NCBI RefSeq assembly: GCF_000014785.1
Contig: NC_008340.1
Location: 900,001-932,000, forward strand
Source: Alkalilimnicola ehrlichii MLHE-1
Lineage (GTDB): Bacteria > Pseudomonadota > Gammaproteobacteria > Nitrococcales > Halorhodospiraceae
Length of the DNA stretch: 32,000 nt
Reading direction: 5' to 3'
The notes beneath the pieces were generated by a model. That model did no database searches and had not been told where the DNA came from. It was given only the letters and a program-made list of their open reading frames with translations. This document shows positions 29,195-32,000 of the stretch, in pieces. A program made the position numbers and the translations under genes. The first letter of the stretch is position 1. Every line of letters starts with the position of its first letter.

Positions 29195-29233
29195 CGGGCT
29201 GCGGCCCAGGCCAGACGCCTGGCCCGCAGCCCG
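29195..29233 (+). terminator. Strong stem-loop downstream of porin (Rho-independent-like)
   Basis: CGGGCTGCGGCCCAGGC-CAGAC-GCCTGGCCCGCAGCCCG: 17-nt arms with one mismatch, 22 nt after the stop; a short TTTT lies downstream at 29247-29250. Confidence 0.7.
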
Positions 29234-29253
29234 GGTAACCACTGGGTTTTCAT

Positions 29254-29283
29254 TTGACGGGTTATCGGTCCACAGGTTATTTT
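29254..29283 (+). promoter_or_regulatory. Candidate sigma70 promoter for the MgtE-type locus: TTGACG-(18)-TATTTT
   Basis: TTGACG at 29254-29259 and TATTTT at 29278-29283, in a local AT-rich patch downstream of the porin terminator. Confidence 0.4.
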
Positions 29284-29404
29284 AACGGCGATTATAGGCC
29301 ACAAGAGGTGGTGCGGCGGGAAGGCCGCGCAGCCGTTGATGAATCCATCGATCCCTAGATCGACTGACAATCCAAGCCCTGGCAACGCCGCAGGCGGTGC
29401 TGAG

Positions 29405-29477
29405 GCGAGTCTGAACTACCACGCCTGATTCCCACCGGGTCCAACGGCCCAGAATCCCGCGCGGTAATTCAGACCGC
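29405..29477 (+). other. Structured region of the long 5' leader: ~15-bp stem enclosing a smaller hairpin
   Basis: GCG-a-GTCTGAACTACC (29405-29420) pairs with GGTAATTCAGACCGC (29463-29477), with one bulge and one C/A mismatch; inner GATTC/GAATC pairing (29427-29431 / 29452-29456). Confidence 0.5.
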
Positions 29478-29595
29478 AGCGGGTCATTCACGCTCTGCCT
29501 GACCGGCCGGGCGGAAACCCTCTCAGCACAAGCGCCTTGTACTGGCTGGCGATGCCCTCTCCGCATCCCCGGGGCTTCTTTGCTGGGAGGTGACC

Positions 29596-29733
29596 ATGCT
29601 CACCGACGATGACGTACCGCTACCGAGTACCAGCGCCGACGGCCAATGGCCGTCGGCCCGCCGTGGTGTCCGGTTGCCGGGCGCCGGTGGCAGGTTGCGT
29701 GTTCCCGGCCTGACCGGGGGTCATCCCACCTGA
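29596..29733 (+). CDS. Candidate 45-aa leader peptide ORF: MLTDDDVPLPSTSADGQWPSARRGVRLPGAGGRLRVPGLTGGHPT
   Basis: ATG at 29596 preceded by a strong SD (gggagg, 29585-29590) 5 nt upstream; stop at 29731-29733, 60 nt before the MgtE_N-like CDS. Overlaps prominent inverted repeats. Confidence 0.45.
   Translation: MLTDDDVPLPSTSADGQWPSARRGVRLPGAGGRLRVPGLTGGHPT
29635..29657 (+). promoter_or_regulatory. Perfect hairpin inside the candidate leader ORF
   Basis: GCCGACGGCC-AAT-GGCCGTCGGC: 10-bp arms, 3-nt loop, no mismatch. Confidence 0.7.
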
Positions 29734-29757
29734 TCCGCTGGCTTCGGCAACCGGGCA
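29667..29757 (+). promoter_or_regulatory. Longer-range inverted repeat spanning the leader ORF stop codon
   Basis: TGTCCGGTTGCCG (29667-29679) versus CGGCAACCGGGCA (29745-29757): 10 perfect base pairs plus UG, GC, UA extension. Confidence 0.55.
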
Positions 29758-29793
29758 AATGCTTGCCATTGCCCTGATTCTGGAGCCGGAGCC

Positions 29794-30639
29794 ATGATTG
29801 AAGCGATCATCCATAACCTCCATCTCGGCCGCACCCGTCGGGCGGCCGATCTCTGCCTGCGTCTCGATGTCGCCGCCCAGGTGCGGTTGTTCTCCGCCCT
29901 GGACGGCAGCGACATTCCCGTGCTGTTCAACCGGGTGCCCTACCGCCGTGCCCTGGCCATCTTCCGCGGCATGAGCGTGGGCGCTCGCCAGCGCCTGCTC
30001 AGTGCGCTCGATCCCGCGGCGGCGGCACGTCTGCTCACCCCGGCGCCCCTGCCCGAGTTGGTGTTGGCGCTGGATGAGACCCCGGTGGAGCGGCTGCAGG
30101 CGATCCTGCGGGCGCTGCCCGCTGATCGGCGGAAGGCGCTGCTGGGTGCCCTGCAGCAACCCTCGGGCGCGGTCGGCCGGTACATGCGGCCGCAGGCGCT
30201 GGCGGTCACCAGCGGCACTCCGGTGGCGGGGGCCCGCGCGAAGCTGTCCCGTCACGAGGCCTATGTCCTGTTTGTGCAGGACGCGCGTGGCCGCTATCTG
30301 GGTTTTGTGACCCGCAGCAGTCTCGCCGGGCGGGATGGCCGCGAGACGGTCGAGCGCGAACTCCTCGGCACGGGGATGACCCTAAGCCCGGACCAGCCCC
30401 TGCGCGGCGTGCGTGGGCTGATGGCCCGTGCCGGTGTTGGCGTGCTGCCGGTGCTGGACGAGTGGGGCGGCCTGGCCGGGGCGCTTCACGGCCGTGACCT
30501 GCCCCCGGTGACCGTCAACGAGGTCCGCGCCCGGCGCCATGGCGGTGGGTTGCGGCGCATGCTCAGCCTGGGTGCGGTGACCGGTGGCCTGATCGGCCTG
30601 CCGCTCATCGCCGCGCTGACACTCGGCGCCCTGGTGTAA
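29794..30639 (+). CDS. MgtE N-domain/CBS-like protein with a single C-terminal transmembrane segment and no MgtE transporter domain
   Basis: 281 aa; superhelical MgtE_N-like repeats (LFSALDGSDIPVLFNRVPYRRALAIFRGMSV...LLSALDPAAAARLL), CBS-like tandem (VGRYMRPQALAVTSGTPVAGARAKLSRHEAYVLFVQDARGRYLGFVT), C-terminal LGAVTGGLIGLPLIAALTLGALV. Confidence 0.75.
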   Translation: MIEAIIHNLHLGRTRRAADLCLRLDVAAQVRLFSALDGSDIPVLFNRVPYRRALAIFRGMSVGARQRLLSALDPAAAARLLTPAPLPELVLALDETPVERLQAILRALPADRRKALLGALQQPSGAVGRYMRPQALAVTSGTPVAGARAKLSRHEAYVLFVQDARGRYLGFVTRSSLAGRDGRETVERELLGTGMTLSPDQPLRGVRGLMARAGVGVLPVLDEWGGLAGALHGRDLPPVTVNEVRARRHGGGLRRMLSLGAVTGGLIGLPLIAALTLGALV

Positions 30640-30698
30640 CCAGAGATTAACCCGGCCCGTGCATCCTCACGGGCCCTGGCCTTGTCAAGGAGGCACCC

Positions 30699-32000
30699 AT
30701 GCAAGAAGAAGAAAACCCGCTTGTCCCCCGGATCCAGGCAGCGCTGGCGGAGCGGCGCTGGAGTGACGTGCGGGAGGCCGTGGCCGACGAGGCGGCCCAG
30801 GACATCGCCGACATCATGCTGGAGCTTGAAAAGGCAGAGCGTATCTTCCTTTTCAAGCTCCTGCCCCGACACCAGGCCAATGAGGTCTTCGCCTACCTCT
30901 CACCGGACAACCAGGACGCGCTCCTGGAGGACATGACCGACGAGGAGACCCGCGAGGTCCTGGCCAGCCTGACGCCGGACGATCGGACCGCGCTGCTGCA
31001 GGAACTGCCGGCGACAGCCACCCAGCGGTTGCTGGAGATGCTGCCCCCCGGGGACCGGCGCCGGGCCCAGCGGCTGTTGGGGTATCCGGATGAGTCGGTG
31101 GGCCGCCTGATGACCCCGGAGTACATCTCGGTGCGCCCCAACTGGACCATTGAACAGGCGCTGGCCCACATCCGTGCCCAGAAGGAGCGGGGCGAGACGG
31201 TGAACGTCATCCACGTCACTGATAACGAAGGCAAGCTGTTGGATGCGCTGTCTATTCGCCGCTTCATCCTGGCTGAGCCGGACAGCACGGTCGAGAGCAT
31301 CATGGACTACCGCTATATCTGTGTCTCGGCCTTCGACGACCGAGAGAAGGCGGTGGAGACCGTGCAGCACTATGACCTCTCGGCCCTGCCGGTGGTGGAC
31401 TCTGAGGGCGTGCTGCTGGGTATCGTTACCCTGGATGACGTGATGGACGTGGCCGAGGCCGAGGCCACCGAGGACTTCCACAAGCTGGGTAGTGTGGGCG
31501 TGCTCAACCTGGGGCTCAAGGACGCCAGCCTGTGGGCCCTGTACCAACGCCGCGTGGGCTGGCTGGTGCTGCTGGTCTTTATCAACATGTTCGGCGGCGA
31601 GATCATCGGGGCTTATGAGGATACCCTGGCCGCCGTGATCGTACTGGTCACCTTCCTGCCGCTGGTGGTGGATACGGCGGGTAACGCCGGCACCCAGTCC
31701 GCCACCCTGATGGTGCGTGGTCTAGCGACCGGTGACGTCAAATCGAAGGATTGGCTGAAGCTGTGGAGCAAGGAGGCCATGGTGTCCGTGGCCCTGGGTG
31801 TCACCCTGGCCGTGGCAGTCGCCTTCCTGGGCATGTATCGCGGAGGTATGGAGATCGCTTACGTGGTGGCGCTGTCCATGGTCGCCGTGGTGTTCATGGG
31901 GAGCATGATCGGCATGCTGCTGCCTTTCATCCTGGCCCGGTTCAAACTGGACCCGGCCACGGCCAGTGCGCCGCTGATCACCTCCATCGCCGACATCTTC
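30699..32000 (+). CDS. mgtE: Magnesium transporter MgtE (3'-truncated by window end; absent from the ORF track because it has no stop)
   Basis: Open frame from ATG 30699 (SD aaggagg): MQEEENPLVPRIQAALAERRWSDVREAVADEAAQDIADIMLELEKAERIFLFKLLP...; VGRLMTPEYISVRPNWTIEQAL; IVTLDDVMDVAEAEATEDFHKLG; TFLPLVVDTAGNAGTQSATLMVRGLATGDV. Confidence 0.96.
   Translation, partial: MQEEENPLVPRIQAALAERRWSDVREAVADEAAQDIADIMLELEKAERIFLFKLLPRHQANEVFAYLSPDNQDALLEDMTDEETREVLASLTPDDRTALLQELPATATQRLLEMLPPGDRRRAQRLLGYPDESVGRLMTPEYISVRPNWTIEQALAHIRAQKERGETVNVIHVTDNEGKLLDALSIRRFILAEPDSTVESIMDYRYICVSAFDDREKAVETVQHYDLSALPVVDSEGVLLGIVTLDDVMDVAEAEATEDFHKLGSVGVLNLGLKDASLWALYQRRVGWLVLLVFINMFGGEIIGAYEDTLAAVIVLVTFLPLVVDTAGNAGTQSATLMVRGLATGDVKSKDWLKLWSKEAMVSVALGVTLAVAVAFLGMYRGGMEIAYVVALSMVAVVFMGSMIGMLLPFILARFKLDPATASAPLITSIADIF

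Noticed and set aside
29620-30255. 211-aa minus-strand ORF antisense to the leader and MgtE_N-like gene
   Set aside because: Gln/Arg-rich shadow translation; no family features and overlaps a better-supported CDS.

Overview
This 32 kb, high-GC window looks like an ordinary chromosomal region of a gammaproteobacterium, possibly Ectothiorhodospiraceae-like (inferred from gene content and order only). Left to right it contains: recC-recB-recD (overlapping, +); hemL (+); a DedA/PAP2-like/LssY_C fusion membrane protein (+); a minus-strand cluster of rnfA-rnfB-rnfC-rnfD-rnfG-[231-nt insertion]-rnfE-HAD hydrolase-nth-DUF1841; metG (-); two overlapping crcB/fluC paralogs (+); a ~0.95 kb tandem array of a ~76-79 bp imperfect-palindromic repeat; a large M48-family (HtpX-like) metallopeptidase (-); an uppP/bacA-like gene (-); a long poorly explained intergenic region with a candidate 50-aa small ORF; a Gram-negative porin (+); a long structured leader with a candidate 45-aa leader ORF; a transporter-less MgtE_N/CBS-like protein (+); and a full MgtE magnesium transporter running off the window end (+). 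I found no CRISPR array, rRNA/tRNA gene, transposase, phage or defence island apart from RecBCD. The most interesting leads are (1) a strong-SD leader ORF beginning MLTDDDVPLP with nested and long-range inverted repeats upstream of the two-gene mgtE-type locus, (2) local amplification of the palindromic repeat, (3) catalytic-motif degeneration in the PAP2 segment and the UppP-like protein, and (4) the diverged crcB pair. None of these was checked with a database or folding program.
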